Positions 25,435-32,000 of a DNA stretch of 32,000 nt are shown in pieces. The notes beneath the pieces are model-generated. The model was given only the letters and a program-made list of their open reading frames with translations. It was not told the origin of the DNA and ran no database searches. How positions within the stretch are numbered: the first letter of the stretch is position 1; each line of letters opens with the position of its first letter. Both the position numbers and the translations under genes were made by a program. Location of the stretch: the sequence record SDGD01000096.1. One strand, given 5' to 3'.

Positions 25435-25525
25435 TAATATATTCACCTTATAAATTATTGATTATTGATGTTATAATAATGTATTATAACATCAATAATC
25501 AATAATTTATAAGGTGAATATATTA
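25435..25525. repeat. Perfect inverted repeat, 43-nt arms and 5-nt loop, in the divergent psaL/petL spacer
   Basis: Arm 25435-25477 is the exact reverse complement of 25483-25525 (verified). The right arm contains aaggtg 8 nt upstream of the petL ATG and ends on the A of that ATG. Confidence 0.95.
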
Positions 25526-25620
25526 TGCTCATCACTATATATTATATAATACTTTTAGCTATAATGTTAACTACAACACAAATATTATTTTTTTTATTAA
25601 GAAAATTTAAGTTGATTTAA
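25525..25620 (+). CDS. petL: Cytochrome b6f subunit VI (PetL), 31 aa
   Basis: Hand translation gives MLITIYYIILLAIMLTTTQILFFLLRKFKLI. It has the same length, single TM helix and K-x-(R/K)-L-I C-terminus as known PetL (...LSKIRLI). An SD-like aaggtg lies upstream. It is not in the ORF track. Confidence 0.6.
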   Translation: MLITIYYIILLAIMLTTTQILFFLLRKFKLI

Positions 25621-25664
25621 AACTTAAGAGCAATCATTATTTTGTTAAATATTTCAATAAAAAT

Positions 25665-25949
25665 ATGATTTTATCTTACCCAACATGGTTGATTCATATA
25701 GCAAGTAGCATGGAGTGGTTTTTATCTATAGAGCTCATATGGGAACTAGCTAATCAGTTAAAATCAGATTTTAATTATAAATTATCATGTAGCATGATAT
25801 TGTTCGTATATAATGCAATACTAGCTTGTACATGGCATTTTTTTGAGAACATAGAATTTCTAGAATGGCTAATCTTGAGTCAATCTGTAATTACTTTGGT
25901 TGCTAATATAGGCTTATCGATAATTGTAATAACTGATAAGGAGAATTGA
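25665..25949 (+). CDS. Small membrane protein, Ycf49-like (DUF2499) by N-terminal motif
   Basis: 94-aa ORF. PTWLIHIASSMEWFLSIELIW resembles the PTWxIHxSSxxEW motif I recall for Ycf49/DUF2499. Its TGA is directly followed by the ycf4 ATG (TGAATG). Confidence 0.45.
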   Translation: MILSYPTWLIHIASSMEWFLSIELIWELANQLKSDFNYKLSCSMILFVYNAILACTWHFFENIEFLEWLILSQSVITLVANIGLSIIVITDKEN

Positions 25950-26554
25950 ATGTTTGTAAATACTAAAGATAATTTTATAAAAAAAATAATGATTATTATA
26001 TCGAGAATAATAATATTATTATACAGCCAATAGTCGGTGCAAGAAGATGGGATAATATATTTTGGGCAATTATTACTCTTGCTGCTGGTAGTAGTTTTTT
26101 CTTGATAGGTTTATCTTCTTATATAAAAAAACCAATTTTTTTTTTCATTGCACCATCAGATTTATCTTTTATTCCTCAGGGTATATTAATGTCATTCTAT
26201 GGTTCCTTGGCACTTTTTATAAGTGTTTTTTTATGGTTTACTATTGCATTAGATATAGGTAGTGGTTATAATAAATTCGATAAATTGAATAATTCAATCA
26301 AAATTTTACGTTTGGGATTCCCTGGTAAAAACCGTTTTATTAATCTAGAATATAAAATGGATCATATTAGATGTATTCAGGTGAGTATCAAACAGGGAAT
26401 TAATCCTAAACATGAAATATACTTGTGTACTAAAAATAATATAAAGATTCCATTAACACAAGTTTCTCAACCTATTCCTATTTCAACACTTGAATCAAAA
26501 GCAAGTAAATTAGCAAAATTTTTAGGAGTGTCAATAGAAGATATAAAAAGTTAA
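25950..26554 (+). CDS. ycf4: Photosystem I assembly protein Ycf4, reading frame broken once (A8 run 25979-25986) or non-canonical start
   Basis: The conserved Ycf4 core (IVGARRWDNIFWAIITLAAGSSFFLIGLSSY...FIPQGILMSFYGS...) is in frame 2, open from 25973, with no ATG, GTG or TTG before it. The only upstream ATG (25950, MFVNTKDNFIKK) is in frame 0 and stops at 26031-26033. Confidence 0.8.
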
Positions 26555-26587
26555 ACTAACTATATAAGTTAGTTAGTTTAATAAAAA

Positions 26588-26658
26588 GCGGGCATAGTTT
26601 AGTGGTAAAACCTTAGCCTTCCAAGTTAATGATGCGGGTTCGATTCCCGCTGCCCGCT
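26588..26658 (+). tRNA. trnG: tRNA-Gly, anticodon UCC
   Basis: Acceptor gcgggca/tgcccgc, anticodon loop ctTCCaa, T arm gcggg-ttcgatt-cccgc. Confidence 0.9.
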
Positions 26659-26742
26659 TAAGAATATTTTTATGTGGTTTTAAATATAAAGATATATAAT
26701 ATTATTATAATATATATATTGCTATATAAAAGGAGAAATCTT

Positions 26743-26997
26743 ATGGCAGGAGGTTCAACTGGAGAACGTCCTTTTTCTGATATTATAACAAGTGTTCGCT
26801 ATTGGGTTATTCATAGTATTACTATTCCGGCATTATTTATTGCTGGTTGGCTATTTACAAGTACTGGGCTAGCATATGATATATTTGGTACTCCACGTCC
26901 AAATGAATATTTTACTAATGATAGAGAACAAATTCCACTGATCAATGACAGATTTAATGTGAAAGAAGAATTAGAGGATCTAACTAGAGGTTTATAA
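26743..26997 (+). CDS. psbE: Cytochrome b559 alpha subunit
   Basis: The ATG at 26743 is preceded by aaaggag. Translation [38 protein letters not shown]... is canonical. The track ORF start at 26674 is a GTG extension. Confidence 0.95.
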   Translation: MAGGSTGERPFSDIITSVRYWVIHSITIPALFIAGWLFTSTGLAYDIFGTPRPNEYFTNDREQIPLINDRFNVKEELEDLTRGL

Positions 26998-27022
26998 AAA
27001 TAAATTAAGGAGTAATGATAGT

Positions 27023-27157
27023 ATGACAAGAAGCAATATGAACCAACCAGTATCTTATCCAGTATTTACTTTTAGATGGTTAGCTGTTCATGCATTAGCT
27101 ATTCCAACTATTTTTTTTCTTGGGTCTATAACTGCAATGCAATTTATTCAAAGATAA
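27023..27157 (+). CDS. psbF: Cytochrome b559 beta subunit
   Basis: Hand translation gives [44 protein letters not shown] (44 aa). An aaggag site lies upstream. Confidence 0.95.
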   Translation: MTRSNMNQPVSYPVFTFRWLAVHALAIPTIFFLGSITAMQFIQR

Positions 27158-27180
27158 AATTAATATAAAAAGGAGAAATA

Positions 27181-27297
27181 ATGACCGGTTCTAATCCGAA
27201 TAAACAACCTGTTGAATTAAATCGCACTTCTCTTTTTTGGGGATTGTTATTAATTTTTGTTTTAGCATTATTATTTTCCAGTTATTTTTTTAATTAA
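27181..27297 (+). CDS. psbL: Photosystem II protein L
   Basis: Hand translation gives [38 protein letters not shown] (38 aa). An aaaggag site lies upstream. Confidence 0.95.
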   Translation: MTGSNPNKQPVELNRTSLFWGLLLIFVLALLFSSYFFN

Positions 27298-27339
27298 ATT
27301 TCATTTATAAAAATAATTAATTTTTATAGGAGATAAATC

Positions 27340-27459
27340 ATGAGTCAAACAGGTAGAGTTCCATTATGGTTAATTGCAACCATAGGAGGTATTGGATTAA
27401 TCACTGTAATGGGCCTTTTTTTTTATGGTTCCTATTCAGGAATAGGTTCTGCTTTATAA
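27340..27459 (+). CDS. psbJ: Photosystem II protein J
   Basis: Hand translation gives [39 protein letters not shown] (39 aa). A taggag site lies upstream. Confidence 0.93.
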   Translation: MSQTGRVPLWLIATIGGIGLITVMGLFFYGSYSGIGSAL

Positions 27460-27465
27460 AATCAC

Positions 27466-27581
27466 TTTTTTATTTATGTGGAACAAGAAGAAATTGGTTA
27501 AGGAAGGAGACAATCTGAGTTAATTAACTCAGATTGTCTCCTTCCTTAACCAATTTCTTCTTGTTCCACATAAATAAAAAA
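27466..27581. repeat. 116-nt perfect palindrome between psbJ and convergent psaI, containing the last 36 nt of psaI
   Basis: 58 base pairs were verified around the centre at 27523/27524. The right arm covers psaI codons ...[10 protein letters not shown], and the left arm is their mirror copy starting 7 nt after the psbJ stop. Confidence 0.95.
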
Positions 27582-27656
27582 TAAAGCCATACTAATAAAT
27601 GGAAATACAAGGCCTATAATTGGAACTAGTATTGAAGGAAGATATGATGCAGTCAT
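27546..27656 (-). CDS. psaI: Photosystem I subunit VIII
   Basis: Hand translation of the minus strand gives [36 protein letters not shown] (36 aa). The LPSI(F/L)VP(L/I)(V/I)GL(V)FP core is canonical PsaI. Confidence 0.8.
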   Translation of the reverse strand: MTASYLPSILVPIIGLVFPFISMALFFIYVEQEEIG

Positions 27657-27753
27657 ACTAAATTTACACCTTTATAATATTACATTTAAAATACAAATAT
27701 TATATATTTGTATTATTATATAATATCATTATTTTACAAATTTTTATATTTTA

Positions 27754-27841
27754 TACAGAACCCGGGATTCGAACCCGGACAACTATAATTAATGTTATTA
27801 GATCCTGAATCTAACGCGTCTACCAATTTCGCCAGTTCTGT
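27754..27841 (-). tRNA. trnL: tRNA-Leu, anticodon CAG as read (class II)
   Basis: On the minus strand: acceptor acagaac/gttctgt, tg, D arm gcg-aaattggtaga-cgc, anticodon stem ttaga/tctaa with loop ttCAGga, long variable arm, T arm ccggg-ttcgaat-cccgg, discriminator A. Confidence 0.8.
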
Positions 27842-27891
27842 TTGATTTTTAAGTTATATAATATCTATTTGTAATATAATATATAAATTTT

Positions 27892-28242
27892 ATGCAAAAT
27901 AATTCTTTTAAGTCTAAGTCTATTAATACACAGCGAGACAATTTAAATGCTATGATTAAATTTGCTGAGACTTATGCAAAAAGGACAGGTACATTTTTTT
28001 GTATAGATCCAAGTGTTACTCAAGTTGTTATTGAGGGTTTAGCTAAACACAAAGCTGAGTATGGTGCTCCTTTGTGTCCATGCAGACATTATGATAATAA
28101 ATCAGTAGAAGCTTCAGCAGCTTATTGGAATTGTCCATGTGTTCCTATGAGAGAAAGAAAAGAATGTCATTGTATGCTTTTTCTTACTCCTAACAATGAG
28201 TTTGCTAGTGAAAAGCAAGAAATTAGTATAATAACAAAATAA
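27892..28242 (+). CDS. ftrB: Ferredoxin-thioredoxin reductase catalytic (beta) subunit
   Basis: 116-aa ORF with the FTR cysteine pattern CPCRHY...WNCPCVPMRERKECHCMLF. Confidence 0.9.
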   Translation: MQNNSFKSKSINTQRDNLNAMIKFAETYAKRTGTFFCIDPSVTQVVIEGLAKHKAEYGAPLCPCRHYDNKSVEASAAYWNCPCVPMRERKECHCMLFLTPNNEFASEKQEISIITK

Positions 28243-28306
28243 GAAAAAATGATAATAAGAGTTTTTTTTAACTCTTATTATCATTTTTTCTTATTTTGTT
28301 ATTATA
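28227..28306. repeat. Perfect inverted repeat, 37-nt arms and 6-nt loop, spanning the ftrB and psb30 stop codons
   Basis: Arm 28227-28263 is the reverse complement of 28270-28306, with a tttttt loop. It covers the last 16 nt of ftrB and the last 5 nt of psb30. Confidence 0.9.
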
Positions 28307-28406
28307 AATTACCTTTACGGAAAGAAAGTAGCATAATAATTGCTGGCCCTGATAATATTATTAATGTAAGAGCGACTAATTGCCCAATAACTTGCCAATT
28401 TATCAT
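28302..28406 (-). CDS. psb30: Photosystem II protein Psb30 (Ycf12)
   Basis: Hand translation of the minus strand gives [34 protein letters not shown] (34 aa). The SGP...R.GNL C-terminus is typical of Ycf12. Confidence 0.8.
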   Translation of the reverse strand: MINWQVIGQLVALTLIILSGPAIIMLLSFRKGNL

Positions 28407-28492
28407 ATTCTATTATTTATTAATATATATAATGTGATATATGTATATATATATTATATAGTAATTTAGAGAACATATATTAGAATTATATA

Positions 28493-29779
28493 TTATTTTA
28501 ATATGCTTTCTAATTTACCATTAGAATAGAGTTTGAAAATAATATCATATCCACCAAGAAATTTCCCGTTTACATAGATTTGAGGTAGAATAGGACAATT
28601 TGAATAAATTTTTATTGCTTCATATAAAATAGCGTTCTTGAATAGATTAATTATTTTATAATCTACACCTAAAGTATCAAAAATTTGTATAATTTTATTA
28701 CTTATTCTAGATCGAGATGAATTTATAAAGATGCAAATATGATTTTCATTAACTAAATTATCTATAATATTCTTTGTTGTATCATAGATCCCAGTTCTTA
28801 TGAAGGCCCATTCATAAACAAAAAATAGAAAAATTTGTTTATCCTGTATGCGAAAATCTGTATAATTTCTTTTATTTAAGTAATATAGTATTCTACTATT
28901 TTCTTCGAAACTTAGATAAATATTAAATCGTTCTTTAAATAAATATTGTATAATCCGTCTTTTCATTGATATATGATATTTATCAAATAAATTAATATTC
29001 AAGCCGTCATTATCCAGATTGTATATTTTTTTATATATTGAGTACATAAGCCATTGTAAATATTCATTTTCCTTTGAAATAATATCAATTATATGAGATA
29101 AATTATAATAAATTGAAGGATTAAAATAATATGATATATATGGTAATATTTCATTTCTTATACGGTTGCGTTTTAGATTAAGTTTATAGTTAGTCAAATC
29201 TAGCCAAATGGGCAAATAAAAACATCTACAAAACCAATAAGTATCCTCTCTAGTAAAATTAATAATCGGTCTAATTATTTTTATAGTTCTATTTACATAG
29301 CTTATAGAAGATATAGTTGAGAGGCCTTCCAAGCTGCTTCCCCGAAATAGATTAAGAAATAAACTTTCGATTTTATCATTCAGTGTGTGTGCTGTAAGAA
29401 TATAACTACATTTTTTATTTACAGCTAGATTAATTAGATTTTTATAACGCCATAATCTTGCTTTGGCCTCTGTAAAGATATCATCATAATTATACAAATA
29501 ATATTGTAAATTCAATTTATTGGCTAATTTCTTGATTAAATTTGCATTTTGTTTGGAATCATCTCGAATGTTATGGTTAAAATGTACTAGTATAATTTGC
29601 CAATTATAAATATTAGCAAAATCATAAACAAGTTTTAATAAAGTTAGTGAGTCTTGCCCTCCCGAAATAGAAACAATAAAAGAAGTATTATTTTTCAATA
29701 GTTGAATTTCTTGAAGAGTAAAATAGAATTTTTTATGCAAATATGATTTATTAATAACTGTATTTCTATTTTGAATCAT
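28493..29779 (-). CDS. tilS: tRNA(Ile)-lysidine synthase TilS (ycf62) with a C-terminal monothiol-glutaredoxin-like (ycf64-like) domain
   Basis: 428-aa ORF. The PP-loop SGGQDS lies at aa 39-44 (29648-29665). The last 95 aa or so (28496-28780) read like a CGFS-type glutaredoxin fold (...IKIYSNCPILPQIYVNGKFLGGYDIIFKLYSNGKLESILK). Confidence 0.85.
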   Translation of the reverse strand: MIQNRNTVINKSYLHKKFYFTLQEIQLLKNNTSFIVSISGGQDSLTLLKLVYDFANIYNWQIILVHFNHNIRDDSKQNANLIKKLANKLNLQYYLYNYDDIFTEAKARLWRYKNLINLAVNKKCSYILTAHTLNDKIESLFLNLFRGSSLEGLSTISSISYVNRTIKIIRPIINFTREDTYWFCRCFYLPIWLDLTNYKLNLKRNRIRNEILPYISYYFNPSIYYNLSHIIDIISKENEYLQWLMYSIYKKIYNLDNDGLNINLFDKYHISMKRRIIQYLFKERFNIYLSFEENSRILYYLNKRNYTDFRIQDKQIFLFFVYEWAFIRTGIYDTTKNIIDNLVNENHICIFINSSRSRISNKIIQIFDTLGVDYKIINLFKNAILYEAIKIYSNCPILPQIYVNGKFLGGYDIIFKLYSNGKLESILK

Positions 29780-29866
29780 TAAATTTATATAAATAATTTT
29801 ATATTTAATATTAAAATTGATAAACTTATTTAATAAATAGGATAACTTATTTTTCTATATATTTTA

Positions 29867-29938
29867 GGGTTGCTAACTCAATGGTAGAGTACTCGGCTTT
29901 TAACCGATTAGTTCCGGGTTCGAGTCCCGGGCAGCCTA
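29867..29938 (+). tRNA. trnK: tRNA-Lys, anticodon UUU
   Basis: Acceptor gggttgc/gcagcct (two G-U pairs), anticodon stem ctcgg/ccgat with loop ctTTTaa, T arm ccggg-ttcgagt-cccgg. No intron. Confidence 0.88.
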
Positions 29939-30014
29939 TATTTTATAGCATCTAAAATTCTTATAGAAGTATTATTATTTTATTTTTAATAGAATAAAAA
30001 TATATACATGGGTT

Positions 30015-30809
30015 ATGATTAATATGTCGTTAATAGATAAAATTTTTCAAGAAACAAAATCTAATAATAAAATTGCCTTAATGCCATTTATTATGGCAGG
30101 TGATCCTAACATAGAAACAACTATTAAAGCATTAAATATCTTAGATAATAGTGGTTCTCATATGATAGAATTAGGGATTCCTTATAGTGATCCTCTAGCA
30201 GATGGTATTATTATCCAATCTTCAGCTCAAAGGGCTTTAAATCAAGGATTTCGTATAAATCATGTTTTTTCGATCTTAGAAAAGATTAATTTATCAATCC
30301 CCATAATTATATTTTGCTATTTTAATTTAATACTCCATTATGGAATAAATAATTTTATATACAAATTATACCAATTAAATGTTAAAGGAATAATTATTCC
30401 TGATTTACCTATTGAAGAAGCTGACGAGGTTTTAATGACATGTAAACAATATAATATAAATCTTAATATGTTAGTTTCTCCTGTAAGTACAGAAAGTAGG
30501 ATTAAATTAATTCTAGAAAAATCAAATGGTTTTATTTATTTAGTAAGTAGTACAGGTGTAACTGGTATAAGGCATAATTTTTCTTATGTGATTAAAGATA
30601 AGATTGAACTTATTAGAAGATATAGCAATAAGCCAATAGTAATAGGGTTTGGTGTATCTAAACCAAGTCATATTAAACAAATTAAAGCGTGGGGAGCTGA
30701 TGGAATAATTATTGGTAGTGCTTGTATGCAACAAATATCTAAATCGACTGAATCTAATGGATTAGATGATTTTAAAAATTTTATAAATGAAATGATACAG
30801 TCTATTTAA
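30015..30809 (+). CDS. trpA: Tryptophan synthase alpha chain
   Basis: 264-aa ORF with ALMPFIMAGDP, IELGIPYSDPLADGIIIQ, GFIYLVSSTGVTG and IVIGFGVS. An alternative ATG lies at 30024. Confidence 0.93.
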   Translation: MINMSLIDKIFQETKSNNKIALMPFIMAGDPNIETTIKALNILDNSGSHMIELGIPYSDPLADGIIIQSSAQRALNQGFRINHVFSILEKINLSIPIIIFCYFNLILHYGINNFIYKLYQLNVKGIIIPDLPIEEADEVLMTCKQYNINLNMLVSPVSTESRIKLILEKSNGFIYLVSSTGVTGIRHNFSYVIKDKIELIRRYSNKPIVIGFGVSKPSHIKQIKAWGADGIIIGSACMQQISKSTESNGLDDFKNFINEMIQSI

Positions 30810-30833
30810 TTCTAATAGATTTTACTACTTTTA

Positions 30834-30906
30834 TACCCTCAGGGGAATTCGAATCCCCGTTACCTCCGTGAAAGGGAGATGTCCTAGGCCTCTAGACGAT
30901 GAGGGC
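30834..30906 (-). tRNA. trnE: tRNA-Glu, anticodon UUC
   Basis: The minus strand reads gccctcatcgtctagaggcctaggacatctcccttTCAcggaggtaacggggattcgaattcccctgagggta. This is close to the standard plastid tRNA-Glu, including the G1-U72 pair. Confidence 0.9.
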
Positions 30907-30941
30907 ATTAAAATATTATTATTTATATTTCTGTAGAATTT

Positions 30942-31463
30942 ATGATATTAAATTATACTTCTTTTTTTTATTTGTTTATACTTATAATTATATTACTATT
31001 TTTTATAATAAAGATTTATCGCCAAGTTTTTAAATTTATCAAACAAGAATTCTATATATATAGATTAAATACTTTATTAACTAATAATCACAAAAATCAC
31101 TGCTATATTTATTTTCTTCTTGGTACTGTTTATCTCGATAAGAATTGCCTAGAAAAAGCTCTAGATTTTTTTATTAAATCTTCTGATTATTATACAGAAA
31201 ATGCTGGAATTTCACTTATGCAAATCTATAATAGTATTGGTTATGTTTACATGCAAATTGAAGAATATCATCTAGCTATTCAATTTTTTAAAAAATGTAT
31301 TGCAATACAGCCTAATTATAGTATAGCAATAAACAATTTAGCTAAAGTCTATGAAAAAATAAATGATATAAAAAAAGCAATTGATTTATATCAATTTGTT
31401 TTATCTTATGATAAGCAAAATAAAACTGCTAGTGATAGACTTAATAATATTAAGTACAAATAA
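30942..31463 (+). CDS. ycf37: TPR membrane-anchored protein, Ycf37-like
   Basis: 173-aa ORF with an N-terminal TM helix followed by about three TPR units (YFLLGTVYLDKNCLEKALDFF..., IGYVYMQIEEYHLAIQFFKKCIAIQPNY, NNLAKVYEKINDIKKAIDLYQ). The size and architecture match Ycf37. Confidence 0.6.
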   Translation: MILNYTSFFYLFILIIILLFFIIKIYRQVFKFIKQEFYIYRLNTLLTNNHKNHCYIYFLLGTVYLDKNCLEKALDFFIKSSDYYTENAGISLMQIYNSIGYVYMQIEEYHLAIQFFKKCIAIQPNYSIAINNLAKVYEKINDIKKAIDLYQFVLSYDKQNKTASDRLNNIKYK

Positions 31464-31491
31464 AAATCCTAGTTAACTAAGATAGTTAACA

Positions 31492-31565
31492 TCGGGATGG
31501 CAGGATTTGAACCTGCGACATTCTGCTCCCAAAGCAGACGCGCTACCAAACTACGCTACATCCCG
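31492..31565 (-). tRNA. trnP: tRNA-Pro, anticodon UGG
   Basis: On the minus strand: acceptor cgggatg/catcccg, anticodon stem tctgc/gcaga with loop ttTGGga, T arm gcagg-ttcaaat-cctgc. Confidence 0.9.
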
Positions 31566-31604
31566 AGATAACGATTTATATATAGTATATATAAAAATAA
31601 AAAA

Positions 31605-32000
31605 TTAATTTGATAAAAATAGTACTTTAGTTTTATTGGGTTCAATTACAAATCCTAATTTTTTATAAAAATTAATTACTTCATTTTCAGCAAATAGTAT
31701 TGTGTTATTAATCTGCATTTTCTTGATTTCGTTGATTATTAAATATATTAACTCTTTTCCTAAACCAAGATTCTGAAATTTAGGATTTATCATTAAATCC
31801 CATATTATAGAATAATATTCAGAATCAGAACTCACAAATACAAAACCTATTAAATTAGGTTTAACTGTAGATAATTCTATAAAACAACTTATTAATAAAT
31901 TATTTTCAACTAGTCTTTGTAATTTATTAATTGAATTTTTTTGCCATCCTACAGATTGATAGAGTAATATCAAGTCTTTGATATCAAAAATAGTATTTCT
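31605..32000 (-). CDS. ycf52: GNAT-family N-acetyltransferase, Ycf52-like (5' end runs off the window)
   Basis: It has the acetyl-CoA binding-type motif INPKFQNLGLGKELI (Q/RxxGxG/A) and FYKKLGF. The frame stays open upstream of the track start through position 32000. Confidence 0.7.
   Translation of the reverse strand, partial: RNTIFDIKDLILLYQSVGWQKNSINKLQRLVENNLLISCFIELSTVKPNLIGFVFVSSDSEYYSIIWDLMINPKFQNLGLGKELIYLIINEIKKMQINNTILFAENEVINFYKKLGFVIEPNKTKVLFLSN

Noticed and set aside
26811-27029. 72-aa minus-strand ORF over psbE/psbF
   Set aside because: It is antisense to canonical cytochrome b559 genes.
28249-28437. 62-aa plus-strand ORF
   Set aside because: It runs through the ftrB/psb30 hairpin and is antisense to psb30, whose 34-aa product matches Ycf12.
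30540-30734. 64-aa minus-strand ORF inside trpA
   Set aside because: It is an antisense shadow of a well-conserved TrpA.

Overview
This window is a very AT-rich, gene-dense segment of a red-algal-type plastid genome. I see no rRNA genes, CRISPR arrays, transposons, introns or defence-like cassettes, and no foreign or novel multigene system.

Gene order:
- ycf3 (-), infB (+), rps18 and rpl33 (-)
- rps20-rpoB-rpoC1-rpoC2-rps2-tsf-atpI-atpH-atpG-atpF-atpD-atpA (+)
- sufC-sufB (-), an unassigned 249-aa membrane ORF (-), trnL(CAA), ycf39, psbI (+)
- cpcS-like/ycf58 (-), cemA (+), psaL (-)
- petL, a ycf49-like ORF, ycf4, trnG, psbE-F-L-J (+)
- psaI (-), trnL(CAG) (-), ftrB (+), psb30/ycf12 (-), tilS (-)
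- trnK, trpA (+), trnE (-), ycf37 (+), trnP (-), ycf52-like GNAT (-)

Seven short genes are below the ORF-track cutoff and were found by hand translation: psbI, petL, psbF, psbL, psbJ, psaI and psb30.

Unusual points:
1. Seven long, perfectly matched palindromes or inverted repeats have arms of 37-58 nt. Each has a unique sequence and sits exactly on a gene boundary. Five of them run into the 3' codons of the flanking genes, so that AtpA and SufC both end in LASE*.
2. Six reading-frame breaks occur in five conserved genes (infB, rpoC2 twice, atpG, ycf39, ycf4). All need the same -1 phase correction, and five of the six are at A/T homopolymers. Deletion-biased sequencing error is the most likely cause, with slippage-based rescue as the alternative.
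3. The tilS ORF carries a C-terminal monothiol-glutaredoxin-like (ycf64-like) domain that lacks the CGFS cysteine.
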